In this document: in pieces, positions 24,973-41,140 of the stretch
Layout: every line of letters begins with the position of its first letter
Position numbering within the stretch: the stretch's first letter is position 1
DNA from: Patescibacteria group bacterium
GTDB lineage: Bacteria; Patescibacteriota; Patescibacteriia; Patescibacteriales; UBA12465
Assembly (NCBI GenBank): GCA_041651095.1
Contig: JBAZJV010000001.1
Location: 19,835-83,834 of the forward strand
Reading direction: 5' to 3'
DNA length: 64,000 nt
Translations under genes and position numbers: made by a program
Notes under the pieces: generated by a model
What the model was told of the DNA's origin: nothing
Database searches by the model: none
Seen by the model: the letters and a program-made list of their open reading frames with translations, nothing else

Positions 24973-26157
24973 ATGCTTTGGATTAATTTTTTACATCTTT
25001 ATCAGCCGGCGAACGTCGAATATTATAATATCCGCAAAGCCCTGGACAAGAGCTATTGGCGCTTGTTGCGCCTGATGGAGGAGCATCCCGGCTTGCGGAT
25101 GACCTGGAACGTGAGCGGCTGTCTGTTGGAGCGCCTGGAATTGGAAAAGGAAAAGAATTTTTTGGCTCAATTGAAATTCTTAGTCAAGAAAGGCCGCCTG
25201 GAATTGACCGGTTCGGCCGCTTACCATGGCTTCTTGCCGTTATTGCCGGAGGATGAAGTAGTCAGGCAGATCAAGGCCAATGAAAAGATCTTGCGGCGTT
25301 TTTTCGGCCGCGCTTTTAAGCCGCGCGGCTTTTTTCTGCCGGAGATGGCTTATTCGCCGGCCGTAGCCAAGATCGTCAAGCGCCTGGGTTATGATTGGCT
25401 CATCTTGGGCGAGCCGGCGTATAACGGCGGCCAGCCGCGGGTCGGCCGTCCGGACCCGGACCGGTATTATCTGGATGCGGCGAGCGGCTTGAAGGTCGTT
25501 TTCCGCAATCGGGAATTCTCCAATGCTTATCCGCCGGATAAGCTGTGGCCGCTGTTCAAGCAAGCGGCCGCCGGGACTTATATCACCGCCACCGACGCCG
25601 AGCTTTACGGCCTGCGCCATGAGGATCCGACCGCGGAACTGGAAAAGATAGTCAAGCTAAAAAGTCTGCAGACCATGACGGTTTCCCAATTCATCAGGCG
25701 CGCCGGTCGTCGGCCGGCGGCGACGATCAAGGTCTGGCCCTCCTCCTGGGAATCGAGCGCGGAGGAGATCAGGTCCGGTCGGCCATATCAGCTTTGGCTG
25801 GATAAGCAGAATAAGATCCAGATCGCCTTATGGCAGCTGGCCAATCTGGCTCTGGACCTGGGGCGCAAATACAAGAACGACAAGAATTATTATTGGCACC
25901 GCTGGCATTTGTCGCGCGGACTGGCCAGTTGTACTTTTTGGTGGGCCAGCGCCCGGGACTTTTCCAAAGTTTACGGTCCTTACGCCTGGAGTCCGGACGA
26001 CATCGTGCGCGGCCTGGAAGACCTTATTCGCGCCGTCCGCTCCTTCGCCGACCCCAAGACCAAAAAGCCTAAATTGGCGGCGGAAAAATATTATCTGCGG
26101 GCCCAGAAGCTCGTCTGGGAAAAGCATTGGAAAAAACATTGGCAGAAGATCATATGA
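24973..26157 (+). CDS. Glycoside hydrolase family 57-like protein
   Basis: LHLYQP N-terminal motif, FFLPEMAYS (candidate nucleophile Glu region) and ATDAELYG (DGE-like region); 394 aa. Confidence 0.6.
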   Translation: MLWINFLHLYQPANVEYYNIRKALDKSYWRLLRLMEEHPGLRMTWNVSGCLLERLELEKEKNFLAQLKFLVKKGRLELTGSAAYHGFLPLLPEDEVVRQIKANEKILRRFFGRAFKPRGFFLPEMAYSPAVAKIVKRLGYDWLILGEPAYNGGQPRVGRPDPDRYYLDAASGLKVVFRNREFSNAYPPDKLWPLFKQAAAGTYITATDAELYGLRHEDPTAELEKIVKLKSLQTMTVSQFIRRAGRRPAATIKVWPSSWESSAEEIRSGRPYQLWLDKQNKIQIALWQLANLALDLGRKYKNDKNYYWHRWHLSRGLASCTFWWASARDFSKVYGPYAWSPDDIVRGLEDLIRAVRSFADPKTKKPKLAAEKYYLRAQKLVWEKHWKKHWQKII

Positions 26158-27179
26158 ACAAGATCTTATCGTTATTCGACGAATCTTTCGTCAGCGACCT
26201 GTTCACCAAGGAGGTTTTGCCGCATTATCCCGCTTTCAAATCCATCAGCCGGGTTAAGATCAAGGGCTATAAGAACCTGATCTGGGAAACCACCTATCAT
26301 GTGGTGATCGGTTTCAGCACTTATTTCCTGAAGGCCAACGGCGAAGAGGTTAAGATCCCGATTTTCTGTTCCGCCCACAGCGAAGAAACCAGAGATAATG
26401 TCTATCAGGCGCTTCAATACCTATGGCGGGCGCATTTTCCGACCAAATTCATCGATATCCCGGACCCTTTGTTCTATTCTGATTATTTTCAGGGCACTTT
26501 TTATCGCGGCTTGCGCGGCCATAACTTGCTTTACTATATTAAGCAGCAGGATTTCCGGGCCGTTAAGCAATTGGTGCCGCCGGCCGCCAAACTCTTCGCC
26601 CGGCTGCATAGCCTACCGACCGCCGAAGCGGCCAATTTTAATCCCCTTAATTCTCGGATTGCGACCGTTGTGCCGGGTGTCAATCGGATCCAGGAAGAGG
26701 TTTTGGCGCGCTACCACGGCAAATATCAATCGATTTTGCAGCAGTTTTACGATTATTTTATCGCCCGGGAAGAGAAGTATTTCGTGGATGGCGGCGCGGT
26801 AGCCCTGATTCACGGCGACGCGCATCCGGAAAACATCTTGATCACCGGCGTCAAACGCCTGGGCCTCATAGATTTCACCGATATGTGCCTGGGCGATCCA
26901 GCCCGCGACGTGGGCAGTTTCCTGCAGCAATTGGACTATAAGATCATCGGCAAGACCGGCGAAGTCGGCCAAGCCAAAGCCGTCAAGAAATTATTTTTGG
27001 ATACTTACCTGAGCGCGGCCAAGCAAGAACTTACCCCGGAGTTCCAGGCACGCCTAGATCTCTATTATAATTGGACGACCCTGCGGACGGCGATCTTCTG
27101 GCTGCTGAAATTTGAGCACGATGAAGCGCGGGCGCAGGTCCTGCTGGAACAGATTAAAAATAATCTCCAGATTCAATAA
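26154..27179 (+). CDS. Aminoglycoside/choline-kinase-fold phosphotransferase (possible sugar kinase)
   Basis: LIHGDAHPENILI catalytic loop and IDFTDMCLGDPARDVG. The start was reset to the ATG at 26154 (ATGA overlap with the GH57 gene). Confidence 0.6.
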   Translation: MNKILSLFDESFVSDLFTKEVLPHYPAFKSISRVKIKGYKNLIWETTYHVVIGFSTYFLKANGEEVKIPIFCSAHSEETRDNVYQALQYLWRAHFPTKFIDIPDPLFYSDYFQGTFYRGLRGHNLLYYIKQQDFRAVKQLVPPAAKLFARLHSLPTAEAANFNPLNSRIATVVPGVNRIQEEVLARYHGKYQSILQQFYDYFIAREEKYFVDGGAVALIHGDAHPENILITGVKRLGLIDFTDMCLGDPARDVGSFLQQLDYKIIGKTGEVGQAKAVKKLFLDTYLSAAKQELTPEFQARLDLYYNWTTLRTAIFWLLKFEHDEARAQVLLEQIKNNLQIQ

Positions 27180-27183
27180 TCAT

Positions 27184-27750
27184 ATGGCGCATCATTTAAT
27201 TTTTGAAGGAGCGGAACTAAGCGGCAAAAGTTGGGTGATAGCGCAGATTTATTCGGAATTAGAACCGAAATATGCGGCCAGCTCTAATGTGCTTGACGGT
27301 TGTTATTGGTTAAATTGTGATTTAGGTTTTTTCGGAACCGACTTAGCCGCGCCGATGATCGAAAATTATTTGGAAATCTTTAGAACCTTGCGCGAGAAGA
27401 ACATGCTGATAGAAAAATTCAGCCTCTCGGCCGCCGTTTATAACATTATTTACGGCACCGGCGCCATAGATCGCCAGATCGTTGATCAGGCCCTGGCTAT
27501 GCTCGGTTTTAAGATCGTCCTTTTAACCTTTCCGGAAGATCGGCAATTAATCCAGCGTCGCCTTGATGATCGCTTGAGGTTATATCCGAATTATGGCCGG
27601 ATCGCCAAGCGGCCGGATTTTTATATTAAACAGCAGAGACTGTATCAGAAATTAATTGCCCAGAGCCCGTTGCCTTATTTGATGGTGCAGGCTGAAAAGT
27701 TTCCGGATGACGGAGTGGTCGAACAGATTAGGACCTGGATAGGCTGTTAA
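27184..27750 (+). CDS. P-loop kinase-like protein (dTMP kinase / dNK fold, degenerate Walker A)
   Basis: LIFEGAELSGKSW resembles the Tmk motif FEGxDGxGKS. The start was reset to MAHHLIFEG (ATG at 27184). Confidence 0.5.
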   Translation: MAHHLIFEGAELSGKSWVIAQIYSELEPKYAASSNVLDGCYWLNCDLGFFGTDLAAPMIENYLEIFRTLREKNMLIEKFSLSAAVYNIIYGTGAIDRQIVDQALAMLGFKIVLLTFPEDRQLIQRRLDDRLRLYPNYGRIAKRPDFYIKQQRLYQKLIAQSPLPYLMVQAEKFPDDGVVEQIRTWIGC

Positions 27751-27781
27751 GCGTTAAAAATAATAGGCATTCATTTGATTT

Positions 27782-28804
27782 ATGATCAGTCAGTCTAAAA
27801 ATACCGCCGGCGTTGCCGGCCTCCTGCCGGTCATCGCGGCCTTCACCGGCAATGTTTTAGTCTTTACCGCCAAACTGGCCGGCTTCGCGCTGACCGGTTC
27901 CGGCGCCATGTTTGCGGAATCGGTACACAGTTTGGCCGACACGGCGAATCAGTCGCTGCTCATCATCGGCGTCCGCAAGTCAATCAAGAAGCCGGACGAA
28001 GAATTTCCCTACGGCTACGGCCGGGAACGTTTCATCTGGGCGCTCATTTCCGCCTGCGGCATCTTCTTTATCGGCTGCGGCGTGACGGTCTACCGTGGCG
28101 TCGTTTCTTTATTCCATCCGGAAGCCGTACATGCCAGCCCGGTTTCCTTATACATCCTGGCCGCCGCCTTCATCATCGAGTCCTTTACGCTTTACCTGGC
28201 GATCCGCGATATCAGAAAGCATTTTCCCGATTCTCGTCTAAGAAAAATAATGGCGGAAGCCGATCCGACGACCCTGGCCGTGGTTTATGAAGACGGCTTG
28301 GCCGTCATCGGCGTCCTGATCGCATTTGCCAGCATTATCCTTAGCAAACTGACGGGCCAGATCTATTGGGATGTCGCCGGTTCCATCATCATCGGCTTGC
28401 TGTTGGGGGTTATTGCCGTCATGCTGATAGCCAAGAACCGCAATTACCTGATTACCAAATCAATTCCCAAGGAAACCGAAGAGCTGATTCGGGAGATCAT
28501 GCAGGCTGATCCGACCATCGAAAAAGTGCTGGATTTCAAATCCGCCATCATCGATGTCGATAAGTATCTGATCAAGTGCGACGTGGAATTCAACGCCGCC
28601 TCGCTCATCAAAGCTCTGTCGCAGCATCATTTCTTGGAGCATGAGTATGAGGAAGCCAGGGAAAGCTATGCAAACTTCATGAAGTTCTCAGTCGATTATA
28701 TGGATCGGGTCCCGCGCCTAGTCGGGAAGAAAATAGATGAATTGGAAAAAAAGATCCGGACGCAGGTGCCGGAAGCGATCTTCATTGATATCGAAATCAA
28801 TTGA
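27782..28804 (+). CDS. Cation diffusion facilitator (CDF) family transporter
   Basis: Six TM segments, SVHSLADTANQ in TM2, and a C-terminal cytoplasmic domain. Confidence 0.8.
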   Translation: MISQSKNTAGVAGLLPVIAAFTGNVLVFTAKLAGFALTGSGAMFAESVHSLADTANQSLLIIGVRKSIKKPDEEFPYGYGRERFIWALISACGIFFIGCGVTVYRGVVSLFHPEAVHASPVSLYILAAAFIIESFTLYLAIRDIRKHFPDSRLRKIMAEADPTTLAVVYEDGLAVIGVLIAFASIILSKLTGQIYWDVAGSIIIGLLLGVIAVMLIAKNRNYLITKSIPKETEELIREIMQADPTIEKVLDFKSAIIDVDKYLIKCDVEFNAASLIKALSQHHFLEHEYEEARESYANFMKFSVDYMDRVPRLVGKKIDELEKKIRTQVPEAIFIDIEIN

Positions 28805-28899
28805 TTATTCGGCTAATTATGACTGAATCGGCCGTCGATACCGCTTTTGTCCCCTGGGCGGCTGTGGTATAATTAAAGCTGGCTTAATAATCTTATAAT

Positions 28900-31527
28900 A
28901 TGTCTCGTCGGAAAAAGAACCACAACCCCTTGGATTACCTTGCTTTGCCCGAATTCAATTTGGACGAAAAGGCTAAGCGCAGCATCCTGATCGTCGTCCT
29001 GCTGCTCTTCGGCCTGATCAGCCTGCTCGGCCTGTTCAACCTGTCCGGGCATTTCGGTCTGTTCTTGTCCAAGTGGCTGACGCTCATTTTCGGTTTCGGC
29101 AAATGGCTGGTGCCATTTATCTTCTTATATTGGGCCCTGGTCTTGGTCCGCAAAGCCAAGCGGCCGTTGCGTTTTACAGATTCTTTAGGACTTGGCTTGC
29201 TGTTCATTTCCTATCAGACTTTATTTCATTTCTTTCTAGCGCCGGCTGACTGGGAAACGGCAGTGGCGGCCGGCACGGGCGGCGGCTATATCGGCTGGTA
29301 TTTGAGCCGACTATTCTTCTATGTTTTCGGTTTCTGGGGCGGCGTCTTGGTGCTGGCCGCTTGTCTGTTGATTTCTCTGGTCCTGGTATTTAATACCTCC
29401 TTGTCCCGCCTGATCGGCCAGGATAGCATTTTCGCTAAGATGTTCCGACCTTTTGTCTGGTTCTTCCGCGGCTTGTTCGGCAGCGCATCCGAAGAGGGAA
29501 TAGAGAATGACGGGCAACGATACGTCGATGAAGCCAGGGAAGAAATTCTGGACGCCTGGCAGAAGAAAGAAGTCCCGGCCAGCCTGGAGATAACCGAGGA
29601 AGAAACAATAGAAGAGCCGGTAAGTCCGGCCGCCCTGAAGAAAGATAAGCCGAAAGTCCAGGAGAAGATCGTCTGGCCGAAACGTTCCATCAAGATCGAT
29701 CTGCCAATGGAATTGCTCAATAATAAGGCCGGCAAGGCGATTGGCGGCGACACGGAATTAAATGCTCAGAAAATCCAGAAGACCCTGGAGAAGTTCGGCA
29801 TCAACGTGGAAATGGGCGAGACCAAGGTCGGTCCGACCGTGACCCAATATACTTTCCGTCCGGCCGAAGGCGTCAAACTTTCGCGCATTACCACTTTAAA
29901 TAACGATTTGTCTCTGGCTTTGGCGGCGCACCCGATTCGCATCGAAGCGCCGATTCCCGGCAAGTCCCTGGTCGGCGTAGAAGTGCCGAACCGGGCCAAA
30001 GCTATCGTCGGCCTGAGGGAAATTTTGGAAGATAACGCTTTTAAAGGCCGGAAGAACAATCTGTTCGTAGCGCTCGGCAAGGACGTGGCGGGGACGGCCT
30101 GGCTCTATGACCTGACCAAGATGCCTCATTTGCTCGTCGCCGGCGCGACCAATTCCGGCAAGTCGGTCTGCCTGAACGCGATCATCGTCAGCCTGCTCTA
30201 TCAGAACAATCCGGACGATTTGCGTTTCATCATGGTTGATCCGAAACGGGTGGAGTTGCCGACCTATAACGGTATTCCGCATCTCTTGACGCCGGTCATT
30301 ACCGACGTCAATAAGACTATAAATGCCCTGAAATGGTGTTTGAACGAAATGGAACGGCGCTATGACGTCCTGAACAAGGCCGGCAAGCGCAATATTCAAT
30401 CATATAACGCGGTTAGCAAGGAAAAATTGCCCTATATCGTCTTTATTATCGACGAATTGGCTGATTTCATGATGACTTCCGGCAAGGATATGGAAGCGGC
30501 GATTATCCGTCTGGCTCAGATGTCCCGAGCTATTGGCATCCACCTTATTCTGGCCACCCAGCGGCCGAGCGTGGATGTCATTACCGGCTTGATCAAGGCC
30601 AACGTGCCGACCCGCATCGCTTTTTCGGTCGCGTCTTTGGTTGATTCCAAGACGATCTTGGATTCTTCCGGCGCGGAAAAATTATTGGGCCAGGGCGACA
30701 TGCTGTTTATGTGCGCGGAATTCGCCAAGCCGAAGCGGATCCAGGGCGCTTATTTAAGCGACAGCGAGATCAACGACGTGGTGAACTATATTAAGGATAA
30801 GAGCGGACCGGCCGAATATTTGGAGGGGGTCACCGACCGCCAGAAAGTCGGCGGCAACGCCGGCGTCGGCTTGGACGGCAATCACGGCGACGAGGATGAA
30901 TTATTTGAAGAGGCTAAAGCGATCATCGTCAAGGCCGGACGCGGCTCCACTTCCATGCTCCAGCGCCGTTTGTCTATCGGTTACGGCCGCGCCGCTAAGA
31001 TTTTGGATATGCTGGAAGAGGCGGGGATCATCGGCCCTTCTAACGGCGCTAAGCCGCGCGAGGTCCTGATCAGTCAGGAGCAATATGAAGCCATGGGCGC
31101 GAGTCCGATAAGCGCTATGCCTGTTCGTAATCGGTCCGAATCCGAAGCCCCGGATAATTATTTAGGCGACGAGGATGAAGAAGGGGACGATGGATCTATA
31201 GTCTTTACCGGAGAGGGATCGGCGGCCACGGAGACGGCATTTGGCAATGACGCCGCAGACGACGAAACCCCGGATGAGGAAGACGGGGGTGACGACTTGC
31301 CAAACGCTGATGATCAGCCCGCCGATCAGGAGGAAATTGAGAAAGAATTGTCTTTGACCCAACAGGAAGAAGATGAGGCGATTAATGACGAGGATGAGAT
31401 CTTGGAAGATATCCGGAAAGATCGGGCAAGTTCGGCAACAGCCGGTTCAGCCGTCGAGAAGAAATCGGCTTCTGCCGCCAAACACAACCCGTTAGACGAT
31501 GATGATGAGATGTTTTTTGCCCGATAG
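28900..31527 (+). CDS. ftsK: DNA translocase FtsK/SpoIIIE with a long acidic C-terminal tail
   Basis: N-terminal TM segments, Walker A GATNSGKS, Walker B FIIDELAD, and a gamma WH domain (MLQRRLSIGYGRAAKILDMLEEAGIIGP) followed by ~140 acidic residues. Confidence 0.9.
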   Translation: MSRRKKNHNPLDYLALPEFNLDEKAKRSILIVVLLLFGLISLLGLFNLSGHFGLFLSKWLTLIFGFGKWLVPFIFLYWALVLVRKAKRPLRFTDSLGLGLLFISYQTLFHFFLAPADWETAVAAGTGGGYIGWYLSRLFFYVFGFWGGVLVLAACLLISLVLVFNTSLSRLIGQDSIFAKMFRPFVWFFRGLFGSASEEGIENDGQRYVDEAREEILDAWQKKEVPASLEITEEETIEEPVSPAALKKDKPKVQEKIVWPKRSIKIDLPMELLNNKAGKAIGGDTELNAQKIQKTLEKFGINVEMGETKVGPTVTQYTFRPAEGVKLSRITTLNNDLSLALAAHPIRIEAPIPGKSLVGVEVPNRAKAIVGLREILEDNAFKGRKNNLFVALGKDVAGTAWLYDLTKMPHLLVAGATNSGKSVCLNAIIVSLLYQNNPDDLRFIMVDPKRVELPTYNGIPHLLTPVITDVNKTINALKWCLNEMERRYDVLNKAGKRNIQSYNAVSKEKLPYIVFIIDELADFMMTSGKDMEAAIIRLAQMSRAIGIHLILATQRPSVDVITGLIKANVPTRIAFSVASLVDSKTILDSSGAEKLLGQGDMLFMCAEFAKPKRIQGAYLSDSEINDVVNYIKDKSGPAEYLEGVTDRQKVGGNAGVGLDGNHGDEDELFEEAKAIIVKAGRGSTSMLQRRLSIGYGRAAKILDMLEEAGIIGPSNGAKPREVLISQEQYEAMGASPISAMPVRNRSESEAPDNYLGDEDEEGDDGSIVFTGEGSAATETAFGNDAADDETPDEEDGGDDLPNADDQPADQEEIEKELSLTQQEEDEAINDEDEILEDIRKDRASSATAGSAVEKKSASAAKHNPLDDDDEMFFAR

Positions 31528-31545
31528 TCCAGTAAGACTATTTGT

Positions 31546-31574
31546 TTGACAGGGTATTATTTTGATGATATTTT
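31546..31574 (+). promoter_or_regulatory. Sigma70-like promoter TTGACA-17-TATTTT
   Basis: The -35 box is at 31546-31551 and the -10 box at 31569-31574, upstream of the small orphan ORF. Confidence 0.35.
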
Positions 31575-31647
31575 AATTGGTTAGTCGGTACTCGGTACTT
31601 TATAAAATTGATAAAATAGTAAATCAACTAAACCAATCGGAGCAGTC

Positions 31648-31968
31648 ATGGACAAGACGCAATTTGAAGTTAAGGCCAAAAAATCCGACGGCAATAATAC
31701 TAATGATTGCGCGATTAAAATTCGCGGATCAGCATCGGATATATTTGTCGGCGAATTAGGCGGCAAAGAAGTGAAGGTAATTATGGAACTCCATGGCCCG
31801 CAATTACATTTAAAGAGCGCCAAATTTACCTATATTGTACTAGCGAGTCAGAACAGTTTTATTAATCTGCAGGACCTGCATGATTCTATCTTGGCTGCCA
31901 GTCGGGTGCACAGAGTAAGGCTGCACCATCAGACCAATCGCCGCCAGTCACACGGATATTGGTGGTGA
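31648..31968 (+). CDS. Hypothetical small protein (orphan, AT-rich)
   Basis: 106 aa. A GGAG lies 8 nt upstream of the ATG, and the ORF has its own promoter-like element and terminator. I recognise no motif. Confidence 0.35.
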   Translation: MDKTQFEVKAKKSDGNNTNDCAIKIRGSASDIFVGELGGKEVKVIMELHGPQLHLKSAKFTYIVLASQNSFINLQDLHDSILAASRVHRVRLHHQTNRRQSHGYWW

Positions 31969-31986
31969 GGAGTTAGTATTTAACAA

Positions 31987-32019
31987 AACGGCATTTTTCT
32001 CAATGTCGTTTTTTATTTG
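31987..32019 (+). terminator. Rho-independent terminator
   Basis: AACGGCAT-ttttctca-ATGTCGTT (8 bp including one G.U) followed by TTTTATTT. Confidence 0.5.
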
Positions 32020-32035
32020 TTGTTCTGATGTATTT

Positions 32036-32064
32036 TTGCCAGCCGGTCCGTCTTAGGCTATAAT
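32036..32064 (+). promoter_or_regulatory. Near-consensus promoter TTGCCA-17-TATAAT placed for a leaderless mRNA
   Basis: The -10 box ends at 32064 and the ATG of the MurE-like gene is at 32072. Confidence 0.45.
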
Positions 32065-32071
32065 AGTGATT

Positions 32072-33514
32072 ATGCTGGAACGTCTCAAAAAATTCATTCC
32101 CCTGCGCCTGTTCAAGTTATTGCAGCCGCCTTATCATTTCCTACTGGCCTGGCTGGCTGCTTTGTTTTATGGTTTTCCCAGCCGAAAACTGGCCGTGATC
32201 GGAGTCACCGGAACGGCCGGTAAGACTTCAGTCGTCTATCTGATCGCCCGGATGCTGAGCGAGGCCGGCTATAAGACCGGATTCACTTCTACCGCCGCTT
32301 TGTCCGACGGCCAGCGGGAATGGCTCAACGACAAGAAGATGACCATGCCCGGACGTTTCTTCATCCAAAAATTGTTGCGGGACATGGTCAAGAACCATTG
32401 CTGCTATGCCGTAGTGGAAACGACTTCCGAGGGCATCAAGCAATTCCGTCACCGTTTTATCAATTACGACGTGCTGGTCTTTACCGGTCTGTATCCGGAA
32501 CACATCGAAGCGCACGGCTCCTTTGACCGTTATAAAGAAACCAAGGGGCGCTTGTTCGCGCACTTGAAACGGACGGCCACCAAATACCTCGATGCCCAGC
32601 GCCGCGTCGTCGAACCGCGAAGCGAACTGCGGAAGTTGGATCTGACGCGCGTCGCCAAGACCATTATCGTTAACGGCGATGACGAGCAGGCCGGCTATTT
32701 TCTTAATTTTTGGAGCGAAGCCAAACTGGCCTGTTCCTTCCAGGAAGCGGCGACGCCGGCGGCATTTTTGAAAAAATTGAATAGTGAGACGATAGTCAAG
32801 GATTTCGCCGTGATTCACGGCGCCGGAGTGCTGGCCGGAGAAAATGGCACGGTTTTGAATATTGAGGGCCAGCGGATCAACCTGAAATTGCTGGGCGAAT
32901 TCAATGCGGTTAATGCCTTGCTGGCCGCTGCGCTTGGCCTTAACCAGGGTTTGAATCTGTCGCAGGTCAAGGCGGGACTGGAAGAAGTCCGCGGCCTGGC
33001 CGGCAAGCTGGAAAGGATCGAGGCCGGCCAGGATTTTACCGTTATCGTCGACTATTCTTTCGAGCCGAAAGCTTTGGAAAAACTATATCAGACCATTGAT
33101 CTTATCCCGCATAAACGGCTGATCCATTTATTGGGTTCGGCTGGCGGCGGCCGGGATAAGGCTCGCCGGCCAATTTTAGGGCGTTTGGCAGCGGAAGCAG
33201 CGGCAGTCGTTATAGTGACCAACGAAGATCCTTATGACGATGATCCCACCGCCATCATCAATCAGGTCGCCGCTGGCGCGGAAATGGCCGGAAAACAGAT
33301 AAACGTTGATTTATTCAAAATATTGGATCGCCGGGAAGCGATAAGAAAAGCTCTATCTTTAGCTAAAAAAGAAGATTTAGTGCTGTTTACCGGCAAGGGG
33401 GCGGAGCAGTCGATCTGCCTGGCTCAAGGCACGAAAATGCCTTGGGACGAACGCCAGGTAGTCAGGGAAGAATTGGAAGAATTGATGCATATTGACAAGC
33501 CGGCGGACTTATAA
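32072..33514 (+). CDS. Mur ligase family protein, MurE-like, lacking the canonical N-terminal domain
   Basis: LFYGFPSRKLAVIGVTGTAGKTS (P-loop near residue 45), Mur middle and C-terminal domains, and TNEDPYDDDPTAII where MurE has DNPR. The ATG at 32072 is preferred over the GTG at 32066. Confidence 0.65.
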   Translation: MLERLKKFIPLRLFKLLQPPYHFLLAWLAALFYGFPSRKLAVIGVTGTAGKTSVVYLIARMLSEAGYKTGFTSTAALSDGQREWLNDKKMTMPGRFFIQKLLRDMVKNHCCYAVVETTSEGIKQFRHRFINYDVLVFTGLYPEHIEAHGSFDRYKETKGRLFAHLKRTATKYLDAQRRVVEPRSELRKLDLTRVAKTIIVNGDDEQAGYFLNFWSEAKLACSFQEAATPAAFLKKLNSETIVKDFAVIHGAGVLAGENGTVLNIEGQRINLKLLGEFNAVNALLAAALGLNQGLNLSQVKAGLEEVRGLAGKLERIEAGQDFTVIVDYSFEPKALEKLYQTIDLIPHKRLIHLLGSAGGGRDKARRPILGRLAAEAAAVVIVTNEDPYDDDPTAIINQVAAGAEMAGKQINVDLFKILDRREAIRKALSLAKKEDLVLFTGKGAEQSICLAQGTKMPWDERQVVREELEELMHIDKPADL

Positions 33515-33797
33515 TATACTCAAAATTAGCTTAACACTTTTTTATTTAAAAAAGTGATTTATCAAAAAATAAATTAATTTAATAAAATTGAAACTCAAAC
33601 CAAGTTGGGATTGGGATTTTTTTGTTAAATTAGCTACATTAGGGCTTGCTAGAGAGTTTTTAAAACTATTGTCCGGACAGCGCCTAAATTATTCCGGACC
33701 TGCTTTCTGCTCTCAGACCGGCCACTCTTAAAATATAATCTAGATTTCCGCTTTCCGCTTTTTTGTTGTCCGGAAAGACGGCAATGCCCATTTGCTT

Positions 33798-37097
<3,300 letters not shown>

Positions 37098-37119
37098 TCA
37101 CCATAAATTTTAAATATCT

Positions 37120-41052
<3,933 letters not shown>

Positions 41053-41076
41053 GGATCATTACGAACCGGAAAAAGA

Positions 41077-41107
41077 GCTGGCCCTAATCGGGCCGGCCCT
41101 TTTTTTA
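41077..41107 (+). terminator. Rho-independent terminator after rpoC
   Basis: GCTGGCC-ctaatcg-GGCCGGC followed by CCTTTTTTT. Confidence 0.5.
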
Positions 41108-41140
41108 TTATCGGAAATACAGTAAAATGTAAGTATCTTT

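Noticed and set aside
31581-31823. An 80-aa minus ORF overlapping the small orphan gene
   Set aside because: It is antisense to the ORF that has the promoter, SD and terminator signals, and it has no signals of its own.
33535-33556. A perfect 10-bp A/T-only hairpin (CACTTTTTTA/TAAAAAAGTG) after the MurE-like gene, considered as a terminator
   Set aside because: The loop is only 2 nt, the stem is almost pure A/T and no clear T-run follows. It is ambiguous, so it was not annotated.
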